Source of the DNA: Acidobacteriota bacterium
GTDB lineage: Bacteria; Acidobacteriota; UBA6911; JACQSX01
Length of the DNA: 32,480 bases
Assembly: GCA_036507075.1 (NCBI GenBank)
Contig: DASXQR010000143.1
Location: forward strand, 1 to 32,480
Direction of reading: 5' to 3'
The position numbers and the translations under genes were made by a program. Shown here in pieces: positions 8,021 to 17,067 of this stretch. The notes beneath the pieces are model-generated. The model made no database searches. It saw only the letters and a list, made by a program, of their open reading frames with translations, and had not been told where the DNA came from. Position 1 is the stretch's first letter; each line of letters begins with the position of its first letter.

Positions 8021-9131
8021 AGTGTTCCTCGCTGCTTGCCAGCGCCACAATTTGTCGTGCTGCATCGGCCGGCAATAAGGATCGCCCGGCGCTGCTCAGG
8101 CCTTGCAGGCGCGCCGGATTTGCAAGAAGCCCGGAGATGACTTGGGCCAGCTCCCGATCGGAAGCCACGGCGATTGCCGCGCCCGCTTCCACGGCAAAGC
8201 GCATGTTGGCGCGCTCCCAACAGCCCAGCGGCCGCAATAACACCAGAGGCCGGCCCACAATCATCGACTCAGCCAGGGTCATACCGCCAGGCTTGGTGAC
8301 GATCAGATCGGCAGCCGCCATCCACCGGGCAACTTCGTCCGTCCAGCCCAGCACAAGAAGATTAGTGTGCTCTAAACGGCGGAGACGTCGCGTGTCGCCG
8401 GCAACGGAGCCGGCGAGCACGACATGCAGGGCATCAACAGATGCCAAAGAGTTCCGGAGGGCGGGTTTCAGGAGATTGCCGCTCATCCCGCCGGCCATGA
8501 ATAGAACAATGAAGCGTTTTGCCGGGGCTCCCAGCGCGCGCCGGGCGCTTTGCTTGTCGGCCGTCATGAACTGTTGCAAAACCGGTATGCCTGTAACGCG
8601 AATCGACCGGCCCGGCACACCCATCTGAAGCAGGCGATCTCTTTCCCACAGAGTGGGTACGCAATAAGTATCGATTTTCTTGTTCAGCCACACGGGATCG
8701 ATGAAACGAAAATCGATAATGGAAGCGGTGCTTGTAATATCGCGGTTCCGGCGCTGGGGAAACAAAGCGAGCAATTCACAAGCCGCAATTTCCGTTGATA
8801 TCACCGCCGAAGGCTTGAAGCGTTGCAGGAACTCTGAAAAGGCACGGGCCCCTCGCCGGATCACTGCGGGTGGAAACGTCCATACGTCCTGGCCGTTGCA
8901 GCGCGGCTCATCCTTCCACATCCGGTCGGCGATGCCGGGAGCATGGCGAATGAGATTGAGATAACTTTGGTGGTAAATCCAGCGGAACCACGGGGAGTAG
9001 AAGCGCGCCACATCCAACCGGCGGATGTCGGTCCATGTTGCATCCCGGGAGGCCGCCTCATGCAGCGCGCGCGCCGCCTGACCGTGACCGGCTCCGCACG
9101 ACAAGTACAAGATGAGCAGTTTTTTTTGCAT
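8004..9131 (-). CDS. MGDG-synthase/UgtP-like glycosyltransferase (GT28), copy 1; 375 aa
   Basis: Start MQKKLLILYLSCGAGHGQAA lies 2 nt after the radical SAM stop. Motifs TGIPV, AGGMSG, ADLIVTKPGGMTLAE and WERAN. Confidence 0.9.
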   Translation of the reverse strand: MQKKLLILYLSCGAGHGQAARALHEAASRDATWTDIRRLDVARFYSPWFRWIYHQSYLNLIRHAPGIADRMWKDEPRCNGQDVWTFPPAVIRRGARAFSEFLQRFKPSAVISTEIAACELLALFPQRRNRDITSTASIIDFRFIDPVWLNKKIDTYCVPTLWERDRLLQMGVPGRSIRVTGIPVLQQFMTADKQSARRALGAPAKRFIVLFMAGGMSGNLLKPALRNSLASVDALHVVLAGSVAGDTRRLRRLEHTNLLVLGWTDEVARWMAAADLIVTKPGGMTLAESMIVGRPLVLLRPLGCWERANMRFAVEAGAAIAVASDRELAQVISGLLANPARLQGLSSAGRSLLPADAARQIVALASSEEHYAMAQ

Positions 9132-9133
9132 CG

Positions 9134-10303
9134 TCAGGACTCGTAAAGCCGGCAGCACTTGCCGCAAATCGCAAAGAGATTGCCCGCCCGAAGAAACCGG
9201 CGGAATTTCTCCATCTTCGGTCCCCGCCATACGTCTCGAATGCTCTGTTCGCGCAAATTACCGACAACCAGATCGGGAAAATCGTGGCAGGTGTAAACGT
9301 CTCCGTTCGGCTGCACCTCCAGATGTTTCCATGGCGCGTGGCAGGAGCGGTGGAATGTGAACCCGGGTCTCCGAAAGAACCGCTCCAGCTCGGCACGGTC
9401 GGCTAGATTCGGAAAAAACATCAATGGAGGGCTCTTCTTTGCCTCGCGAATCTCCCGCATCTGGGCCGAGAGCGTGTCGAGATCGATCTGCTCCTGAATG
9501 CTTCCCACAAATCCCCGCCAGCTGGAGCCGGATGTCCCAAACTCTTCATGGAGCCGTTTCTCGTAGGCAGCGCCCATTTTTTCAGTGACGAAGAGAGGGA
9601 AACCAAAGTCGAGATGGTCCACCTCCAGTTGCCGGGCCAGCTCGAGCATTTTGTCGAGACGTGAATAGTTTGCATTCGTGATGGTGCACGCCAAAGCCAC
9701 CAGTGGGTATTTCCTGCGCCCGTCTTTTCGCGCCTTTACTACCGCGCTGAGGCCGTTCACGGCGGCTGCATAGCTTTCCGGGCCGCGCACTGCATCATGA
9801 TCCGGCTGGATGCCATCGATCGAGACGATCAGCAGATCGACGCCCATTTCCACCAGTTGCCCTCCATAGTCGTCAAGGCGCGTGCCGTTTGTGTTGACGG
9901 CGACAAACATCCGGCGGCGTTTTATCGCCCGTAAGACGTCAAGAATACCGGCGTAGAGAAAAGGTTCTCCGCCCCAGATGTAGAAGTCCGGCCGGTGAGG
10001 GGCACATTCTTCGATGATCCGCACATAATCCTGAACCGAAAGGGTAGAAGTGAGTTGCTCTCTCGGAAGAAGGAAGTGAAATCCGGTCTTTCCCCACTGA
10101 CCGCACATCCTGCAGCGCAGATTGCAGAGGTTGGTGATTTTGAAATTGACTGTGCGCGGAAACCTGCAAAACCGCGTCCCGAATCGTTCATCCAGCGGCG
10201 CCAGCACCAGCGAAAACCAGCACCGCTTCACTTCCCGCCGAATGAGGCTGGGGAAGAGAATCCCCAGCTCCAGTTTCTTTATCGCCTGGCTCAAAAGAGT
10301 CAT
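9134..10303 (-). CDS. Radical SAM enzyme with a C-terminal Twitch/SPASM 4-Cys auxiliary-cluster domain
   Basis: CNLRCRMC (CxxxCxxC), WGGEPF, NTNG and VSIDG; C-terminus C-x17-C-x40-C-x2-C (CHAPW...GDVYTC...GNL...ICGKCC). Confidence 0.93.
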   Translation of the reverse strand: MTLLSQAIKKLELGILFPSLIRREVKRCWFSLVLAPLDERFGTRFCRFPRTVNFKITNLCNLRCRMCGQWGKTGFHFLLPREQLTSTLSVQDYVRIIEECAPHRPDFYIWGGEPFLYAGILDVLRAIKRRRMFVAVNTNGTRLDDYGGQLVEMGVDLLIVSIDGIQPDHDAVRGPESYAAAVNGLSAVVKARKDGRRKYPLVALACTITNANYSRLDKMLELARQLEVDHLDFGFPLFVTEKMGAAYEKRLHEEFGTSGSSWRGFVGSIQEQIDLDTLSAQMREIREAKKSPPLMFFPNLADRAELERFFRRPGFTFHRSCHAPWKHLEVQPNGDVYTCHDFPDLVVGNLREQSIRDVWRGPKMEKFRRFLRAGNLFAICGKCCRLYES

Positions 10304-10375
10304 GATTTTTTCCAGCGCTCTGCGCTGTGTCGCTCGAAGGCCGATCGCCGAGGCTTCCGATCCTTCAGCAGCGTT

Positions 10376-10651
10376 TTACGTTTGATAGCCTTGTCCCAAC
10401 GCGGCCTGGCTGCGCTCGCGCAAAGATGACTGGATTGCTTCGACGACATCACGAATGCATCTCACGCTTCGGACAGCATCGTCGGGGATTGACACCTCAA
10501 ACGCATCTTCAAGGTCGAACACCAGGGAAAAGATCTCCAGCGAATCGACTTGAAGCTGATCAAATGGCGTATCCACGCTCAGGTTCGTGCCGGGCGGCCG
10601 TCTTTTAAGGAATATCGAGAAAACGCGATCTTGAATCTCTCGCTCTGTCAT
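10376..10651 (-). CDS. Acyl carrier protein
   Basis: Phosphopantetheine site VDSLE followed by LEDAFEVSIPDD; acidic, 91 aa; strong AAAGGAGA SD. Confidence 0.92.
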   Translation of the reverse strand: MTEREIQDRVFSIFLKRRPPGTNLSVDTPFDQLQVDSLEIFSLVFDLEDAFEVSIPDDAVRSVRCIRDVVEAIQSSLRERSQAALGQGYQT

Positions 10652-10656
10652 ACAGT

Positions 10657-10705
10657 CTCCTTTTCCAAATTTGCCGCGACAACGGAAACTTGGATCGTTC
10701 AGGAG
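10657..10705 (-). promoter_or_regulatory. Predicted hairpin sequestering the ACP Shine-Dalgarno
   Basis: On the mRNA: CUCCU-gaacga-UCCAAGUUUCCG-uugucg-CGGCAAAUUUGGA-aa-AGGAG. The inner stem is about 12 bp (one G-U, one bulge); an outer CUCCU/AGGAG pairing covers the SD. Confidence 0.5.
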
Positions 10706-10723
10706 TGGAAGTTGTGGCGAAAA

Positions 10724-11128
10724 CTAGATAAAACGAGAAGCCGGCAGGGGAGGAGCCCGTGGAGAGAATTCAGCGAAGCAGGAATTGATTTCGGCGCTGT
10801 CGAGACTGGGAACCAGCGGAAAAAAGAGATGAGCGGGCGCCTCCCAGTAATGGAAGTCCTGGGGCAGCGCCTTTTCCATGTCCGGGAAATCGGGGACCAC
10901 AATATCTTGTGCGGTTGTTGTTTGCAGGCTCGGAGAAGCCATGACGAGGTCGAGGCCGTCGCCTTGTTCCTGGTCATCGAAATCGGCGATGATGGCATCG
11001 ACGATCTCGTCGAGCTCTGGGGTAGGATCCGTTCTATAACAGATGTCGAACGGATAAATCAGGCATATCTGGAGCGCCAGGCCGGCAACAAAGATCCGCA
11101 TCAGGCGTAACCGCAGCAAGGTGCCCAT
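10724..11128 (-). CDS. Hypothetical exported/membrane-anchored protein with a C-terminal RAPP motif (candidate ribosome arrest peptide)
   Basis: Basic-hydrophobic N-terminus (MGTLLRLRLMRIFVAGLALQICLIYPF), acidic linker, C-terminus FSP-RAPP-LPASRFI*. Fills the gap upstream of the ACP operon on the same strand. Confidence 0.65.
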   Translation of the reverse strand: MGTLLRLRLMRIFVAGLALQICLIYPFDICYRTDPTPELDEIVDAIIADFDDQEQGDGLDLVMASPSLQTTTAQDIVVPDFPDMEKALPQDFHYWEAPAHLFFPLVPSLDSAEINSCFAEFSPRAPPLPASRFI

Positions 11129-11191
11129 GATGGTACTTATTGTACACCCGGAATCAGTTAAACCACTTACCGCTTATTCATTCAAAAACCA

Positions 11192-12460
11192 TCAAGCCGG
11201 GGTCACCGATATTGTTGAGACGCGTTTACCGCGGCCGCATTCCAGCAAGACCACTAGAAGCAATGCGATCAGGGAGAACGTCACGATATGGTAGCTGTGA
11301 AGAAATAAACCCGCGCTTCGCCCGGCCAATGCCCGATACGGAACCACCACGAATAACACGAAGCCGGATAATAGAACAGCAGCCGATCGATCGAAGTATC
11401 GCCGGAAGACCACAGCTCTCGCGATCAGGTAGATACCCGGCAGTGTCCCCACACAGTGCTGCGTCCACGTAATCGGCGAATAAAGCAGCATCAGTATGGA
11501 AATTGCGGCGCATTCCCACAAGATGCGAGGATCGGATCGGGACGCTACGCGTCCCTTAAACAAGAACGCGACTGATGCCAGCAGCGCGATCATCAGTGCA
11601 TTAATAATCAACGCTGCCGTCGACGGACGCATGTCGAATAGATCAATGTGGCCTCTTCCACTCCATCGACCCGGATGACCGTCCGGCAGGTGAATCAGAA
11701 ATCGGGCGAGCGCAGGGCGGAATGCAAGATTCTGCAGCGGCTCGTCGCCGAGCGTTCCACGTGACGGATCAGCCAGCGGCCACAGACCGCGCGCGGCACT
11801 GAATGCCCATATTTTCATGTGATCGCCGTAACTGTTTGGCTGGATAATCGCCGGGGCCAGTGTGAGAGCGAGCGCGACAACCGAGCCCGCGACGACCGTC
11901 CTCCATTGTCGCTTCAAAACGAAGTAGGCCAGGAAAAGGACCGGAGTGCATTTCAACGCAGCCGCCAGACCGAGCAGGAGTCCCGCTGCCACCTCTCGCT
12001 GCCTGGACCAGAAGTAAATGCCTGTCCAAACCAATGCGACTATCAGCGTATTGAAGCCACATTCCGACAGATCACGAAGGAGGAATTGGCCGGCCAGGAC
12101 GACTGCGCCGGACATGGCCCAAAAATCTTGTTCCGGACCAAGCGGCCAGATAGGACGCGCCAGGCGATGCAACACATGAATCAACCCGCAAAGCGACAGA
12201 ATCGCGAGCGGGTAGACTAAAAACTGAGCCGTGTTTGACGGGAGCAGTGAGAGAGGCGCTTGAACCATGGCCCAGAACGGTGGATACGGAACGTCCAGTC
12301 CTCCGAAATAAAGAAATTCACCCGCCAAAAATCTGCGGCCGAATTCCCGGTGTCGCATAAAATCGCCTTGCGGGGCCAGCGCAATTTGGATCCACTTATA
12401 GAAGATTGCCAAGACGACCAGGGTCTCGAATATGGTTTCCCAGAGCCGTGAAATGTTCAA
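11192..12460 (-). CDS. GT87/DUF2029-like polytopic membrane glycosyltransferase (GT-C fold); start uncertain (TTG 12460; frame open to 12631)
   Basis: GDF...LY...VPYPPF early loop motif, LAAALKCTPVLFLAYFVLKRQWR, NLAF and SPITWTQH; many transmembrane segments. Confidence 0.82.
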   Translation of the reverse strand: MNISRLWETIFETLVVLAIFYKWIQIALAPQGDFMRHREFGRRFLAGEFLYFGGLDVPYPPFWAMVQAPLSLLPSNTAQFLVYPLAILSLCGLIHVLHRLARPIWPLGPEQDFWAMSGAVVLAGQFLLRDLSECGFNTLIVALVWTGIYFWSRQREVAAGLLLGLAAALKCTPVLFLAYFVLKRQWRTVVAGSVVALALTLAPAIIQPNSYGDHMKIWAFSAARGLWPLADPSRGTLGDEPLQNLAFRPALARFLIHLPDGHPGRWSGRGHIDLFDMRPSTAALIINALMIALLASVAFLFKGRVASRSDPRILWECAAISILMLLYSPITWTQHCVGTLPGIYLIARAVVFRRYFDRSAAVLLSGFVLFVVVPYRALAGRSAGLFLHSYHIVTFSLIALLLVVLLECGRGKRVSTISVTPA

Positions 12461-12678
12461 TCGACGAAAGCGAACAGATGAAGATCGCGGCTCAAGGCTC
12501 CGGTTCTGGCGTGGATTGCCGACAGGGTCGTTGTCGGCTGATCGAAAAATTGCGGGGTGTCTCAAATTGATCTCGATTAGCTGAAGCTTGCCTGGCCCGC
12601 CACCATTTTCTCGTCGCAATTGTAATCGCAAGACACAGGGAACACGGAGGATTTTGTAACCCCTGTTCTCTGCCTTGA

Positions 12679-14230
<1,552 letters not shown>

Positions 14231-14232
<2 letters not shown>

Positions 14233-14511
14233 GTGGGGGAGTGGGTGAGCGGGGGAGTGGGGGAACGGGAGTGAGGAGTGGGAAAGCGAGGGAGCGGGGG
14301 AGTATTGTCGACATCCGAACCGCGCGCGTGAGCAAGCGGACCCTCGATTGAGCATTTCTGTACCCCGCTGGAAGTCTACGCCGCGGTACTTGTATTCGGC
14401 ATTCACAGGGATAGCCAAATGGAGGGTCCGCTTGCTTACGCGCGCGGTTCGGATGTGGGCGTTACTCCTTCCACTCCCCCCCCTCTCCCGCTCCCGCACT
14501 CTCCCACTCCC
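14231..14511. repeat. Nested palindrome: family C (GGGAGTG/GGGAGCG) arms enclosing a 35-bp REP-like inverted repeat
   Basis: acatccgaaccgcgcgcgtgagcaagcggaccctc (14311-14345) versus gagggtccgcttgcttacgcgcgcggttcggatgt (14422-14456), one mismatch; G-rich arm 14231-14303, C-rich arm 14463-14511. Confidence 0.88.
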
Positions 14512-14546
14512 GGTGCGCGGCTTCTTATTCTTAATCAGGAATCCAT

Positions 14547-15317
14547 ATGAATCGAGAACTGCTGGGGCAGGTAATTGCGGAATTTCTGGGAACGATGGTG
14601 CTGGTGATGTTGGGGGACGGAGTGGTGGCCATGGTGGTGCTGTTTGGCAGCGGCGTGCCGGGCGAGGTGGTCAAGGGCGGGTATACCAATATCACCATCG
14701 GGTGGGGCCTGGCCGTCATGATGGGGATTTATGTGGCGGGAAAAGTAAGCGGCGCCCATTTGAACCCCGCAGTGACGGTGGCGCTGGCCGTATTCCGGCG
14801 GTTTCCCTGGAATAAAGTGGGCGCCTACATTGCCGCGCAAATGGCGGGCGCGTTTGTGGCCGCGTCGATTGTTTATTTGAATTACCGGCCGGCGTTTCAA
14901 CGCGTGGACCCGATGCTTTCGCGAACAGCGGGAGTGTTCACGACGTTCCCCGCGTTCCCCGACGCCGTGCTCGCAGGATTTGTCGATCAGTTTATTGGAA
15001 CCGCCCTGCTGATGGGCCTTCTGCTGGCCATCATTGACGAACGCAATCAAGTCCCCGGGTCGAATCTGGTCCCGTTGATGGTAGGGCTGGTAGTCGTAGC
15101 GATCGGAATATCGTGGGGAGGGATGCACGGGTATGCCATCAATCCGGCTCGAGACTTCGGGCCACGGCTGTTTACAGTGGTCGCCGGCTTCAAGAACAAT
15201 GGTTTGACGGATGGGAGATTGATCTTCTGGGTTCCCATTGTCGGACCGGTGCTGGGGGCCCTGTTCGGGGCGCTGATTTATGATCGGGCAGTGCGGCCGT
15301 TTCTGCCGTTCAAGTGA
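14547..15317 (+). CDS. glpF: Glycerol uptake facilitator (aquaglyceroporin, MIP family)
   Basis: SGAHLNPAVT and GYAINPARD (the D after the second NPA indicates a glyceroporin), AEFLGT; follows glpK. Confidence 0.95.
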   Translation: MNRELLGQVIAEFLGTMVLVMLGDGVVAMVVLFGSGVPGEVVKGGYTNITIGWGLAVMMGIYVAGKVSGAHLNPAVTVALAVFRRFPWNKVGAYIAAQMAGAFVAASIVYLNYRPAFQRVDPMLSRTAGVFTTFPAFPDAVLAGFVDQFIGTALLMGLLLAIIDERNQVPGSNLVPLMVGLVVVAIGISWGGMHGYAINPARDFGPRLFTVVAGFKNNGLTDGRLIFWVPIVGPVLGALFGALIYDRAVRPFLPFK

Positions 15318-15325
15318 ACGAACAA

Positions 15326-15676
15326 TTCACCACAGGAAGACAGCTTGGCGGTAGCCGCAACCAAGGAAAAGGCCGAGGACGGCCACGTGCACGTGCACGT
15401 CAACGATGGACGTCAACGATCACGTCCACGCTCACGTCAATGTTCACGGAACACGTTCGAGTTGCTTGACAGATTTAGAGCCTGATCATTTTGGTCAACA
15501 GCGACACGATGAGTTCCAAGAGTTGCGTTGTCGCGTACCTAACCGGCACAGGGGCCAAAGCTTGCGATTTTTTCTCGTGAGCGTGGTCGTTGAACGTTTA
15601 GGCCGACGTGCACGTGCGCGTGGCCGTCCTCGGCTTTTTCTTGGGTTGCGGCCTACGGCTAAGCCTATTTGGTGAA
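15326..15676. repeat. Large imperfect inverted repeat with GCCGCAACCAAG arms and CACGT(G/C) hexamer arrays
   Basis: gccgcaaccaaggaaaaggccgaggacggccacgtgcacgtgcacgt (15354-15400) versus acgtgcacgtgcgcgtggccgtcctcggctttttcttgggttgcggc (15606-15652); outer ttcacca/tggtgaa ends. Confidence 0.85.
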
Positions 15677-15720
15677 TGATTTCGCCGGTTCAAGCTATCC
15701 TATGAATCTAAAGGACTGAC

Positions 15721-16866
15721 GTGGACTTTACGTATACCCAGGACCAGGAGCTGTTGCGTAAGACGGTGCGCGATTTCGCGCACCGCGAGATTGCGCCTCA
15801 CTCGCACGAGTGGGACGAGCAGCAGCACTTTCCGCTTGACCTTATTCCCAAGCTGGCAGAGCTGGGACTGATGGGAGTGATTTTCCCGGAAGAATACGGC
15901 GGCGCCGGACTGGGTTATATGGAGTATGTGATCGCGATTGAAGAGATTTCGCGCGTCGACGGGGCCATCGGGTTGTCTGTTGCCGCGCACAATTCGCTCT
16001 GCGGCAACCATATCTATCTTTTCGGCAGTGAAGAGCAAAAGCAAACCTATCTGAAGCCGCTGGCCGAGGGGCGCAAGCTGGGCGCCTGGGCCCTGACTGA
16101 ACCGGTCTCGGGGAGCGATGCGGCGGGACTGCAGACTACCGCGCGCAAAAACGCCGCCGGCCAATGGGTCCTCAACGGCTCCAAGAATTTCACCACGCAC
16201 GGCACCTATGGCGATATTTTCGTGGTGATGGCGTCCAGCGACTCCGGGCAAGGACGAAACGGAATCACCGCTTTTATTGTGGAGAAAGGAACCGCGGGCC
16301 TCTCTTCCGGCAAGAAGGAGAACAAGCTTGGATGCCGTGCCAGCGACACCGCTTCGCTTATATTGGAAGATTGTCATGTTCCTGAAAGAAATGTCCTGGG
16401 AAAAGTTAATGAAGGATTTGTCAATGCGCTTGACGTACTGGACGGCGGACGCATTTCCATTGCCGCGATGGCCGTGGGAATTGCCCAGGGCGCGTTGGAT
16501 TGCGCGGTCCGATATTCCATCGAGCGGGAGCAGTTCGGAAAGCCGATTTCGGATTTCCAGGGAGTGCAGTTCAAGCTGGCCGAGATGGAGTCGCGCGCAC
16601 AGGCGGCGCGCTGGCTTACCTATCGCGCGGCGTGGCTGAAGGACCAGGGAAAGAAAATTCCGCGCGAGTCGTCCACGGCAAAGTACTACGCATCGGAGGC
16701 CGCCGTGTGGGTTGCCGAACAGGCGGTTCAGATTCACGGCGGATATGGTTATATCAAAGATTACCCGGCCGAAAAATTCTGGCGCGATTCCAAGCTTTGC
16801 ACCATCGGCGAAGGCACGAGCGAAATCCAGAAGATGGTGATCGCGAGGGAGTTATTGCGGGGTTGA
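15721..16866 (+). CDS. Acyl-CoA dehydrogenase (short/branched-chain type)
   Basis: [62 protein letters not shown] and [17 protein letters not shown] before the GTG. Confidence 0.95.
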   Translation: MDFTYTQDQELLRKTVRDFAHREIAPHSHEWDEQQHFPLDLIPKLAELGLMGVIFPEEYGGAGLGYMEYVIAIEEISRVDGAIGLSVAAHNSLCGNHIYLFGSEEQKQTYLKPLAEGRKLGAWALTEPVSGSDAAGLQTTARKNAAGQWVLNGSKNFTTHGTYGDIFVVMASSDSGQGRNGITAFIVEKGTAGLSSGKKENKLGCRASDTASLILEDCHVPERNVLGKVNEGFVNALDVLDGGRISIAAMAVGIAQGALDCAVRYSIEREQFGKPISDFQGVQFKLAEMESRAQAARWLTYRAAWLKDQGKKIPRESSTAKYYASEAAVWVAEQAVQIHGGYGYIKDYPAEKFWRDSKLCTIGEGTSEIQKMVIARELLRG

Positions 16867-16901
16867 AATCCTTTGCCGCCAAGGCGCGACGACACAAACA
16901 A

Positions 16902-17041
16902 AATGCGGATTGCGGATTGCGGAATGCGGAATGAAGCTTGTGGTCAGCAGTCAAGGCAGCTCGAACAATTCACGACGGACCATGGGGCAAGGGACCAGCG
17001 ACAATCCCTTATTCCGCATTCCGCAATCCGCATTCCGCATT
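16902..17041. repeat. Family A inverted (ATGCGGA)n hairpin, copy 2
   Basis: aatgcggattgcggattgcggaatgcggaat ... attccgcattccgcaatccgcattccgcatt. Confidence 0.9.
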
Positions 17042-17067
17042 CTCCAGGCTAAAACCTGCCTTCACCC

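Noticed and set aside
9120..9127. A8 tract at the start of GT28 copy 1 as a phase-variation switch
   Set aside because: Only 8 nt, in frame, and encoding an ordinary N-terminal Gln-Lys-Lys; no evidence of variation can be obtained from a single sequence.
1342..10303. Hopanoid side-chain (hpnI/J/K/O) or sphingolipid biosynthesis cluster
   Set aside because: The functions are analogous but the families differ: HpnI is GT2, HpnK is YdjC-like and HpnJ has a B12-binding-like domain. No squalene-hopene cyclase or serine palmitoyltransferase is in the window. A hopanoid or ceramide acceptor cannot be excluded.
9134..11128. RiPP system with the 134-aa ORF or the ACP-sized ORF as radical SAM precursor
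   Set aside because: The 91-aa ORF is a clear ACP (DSL motif); the radical SAM has a 4-Cys Twitch domain without an RRE; there is no peptidase; and the neighbours are sugar/lipid enzymes.
1..12460. Biosynthetic cluster as a tRNA-integrated genomic island
   Set aside because: The cluster lies upstream (5') of the tRNAs rather than at their 3' ends; I saw no integrase and no duplicated tRNA 3' fragment.
15406..15675. 89-aa His/Val-rich ORF and similar small ORFs over repeat blocks (1275-1496, 21589-21786, 32237-32477)
   Set aside because: They are translations of the tandem and inverted repeats (HVHVHV, ESGRAG, GLSGS, FRIP) with no independent coding evidence.
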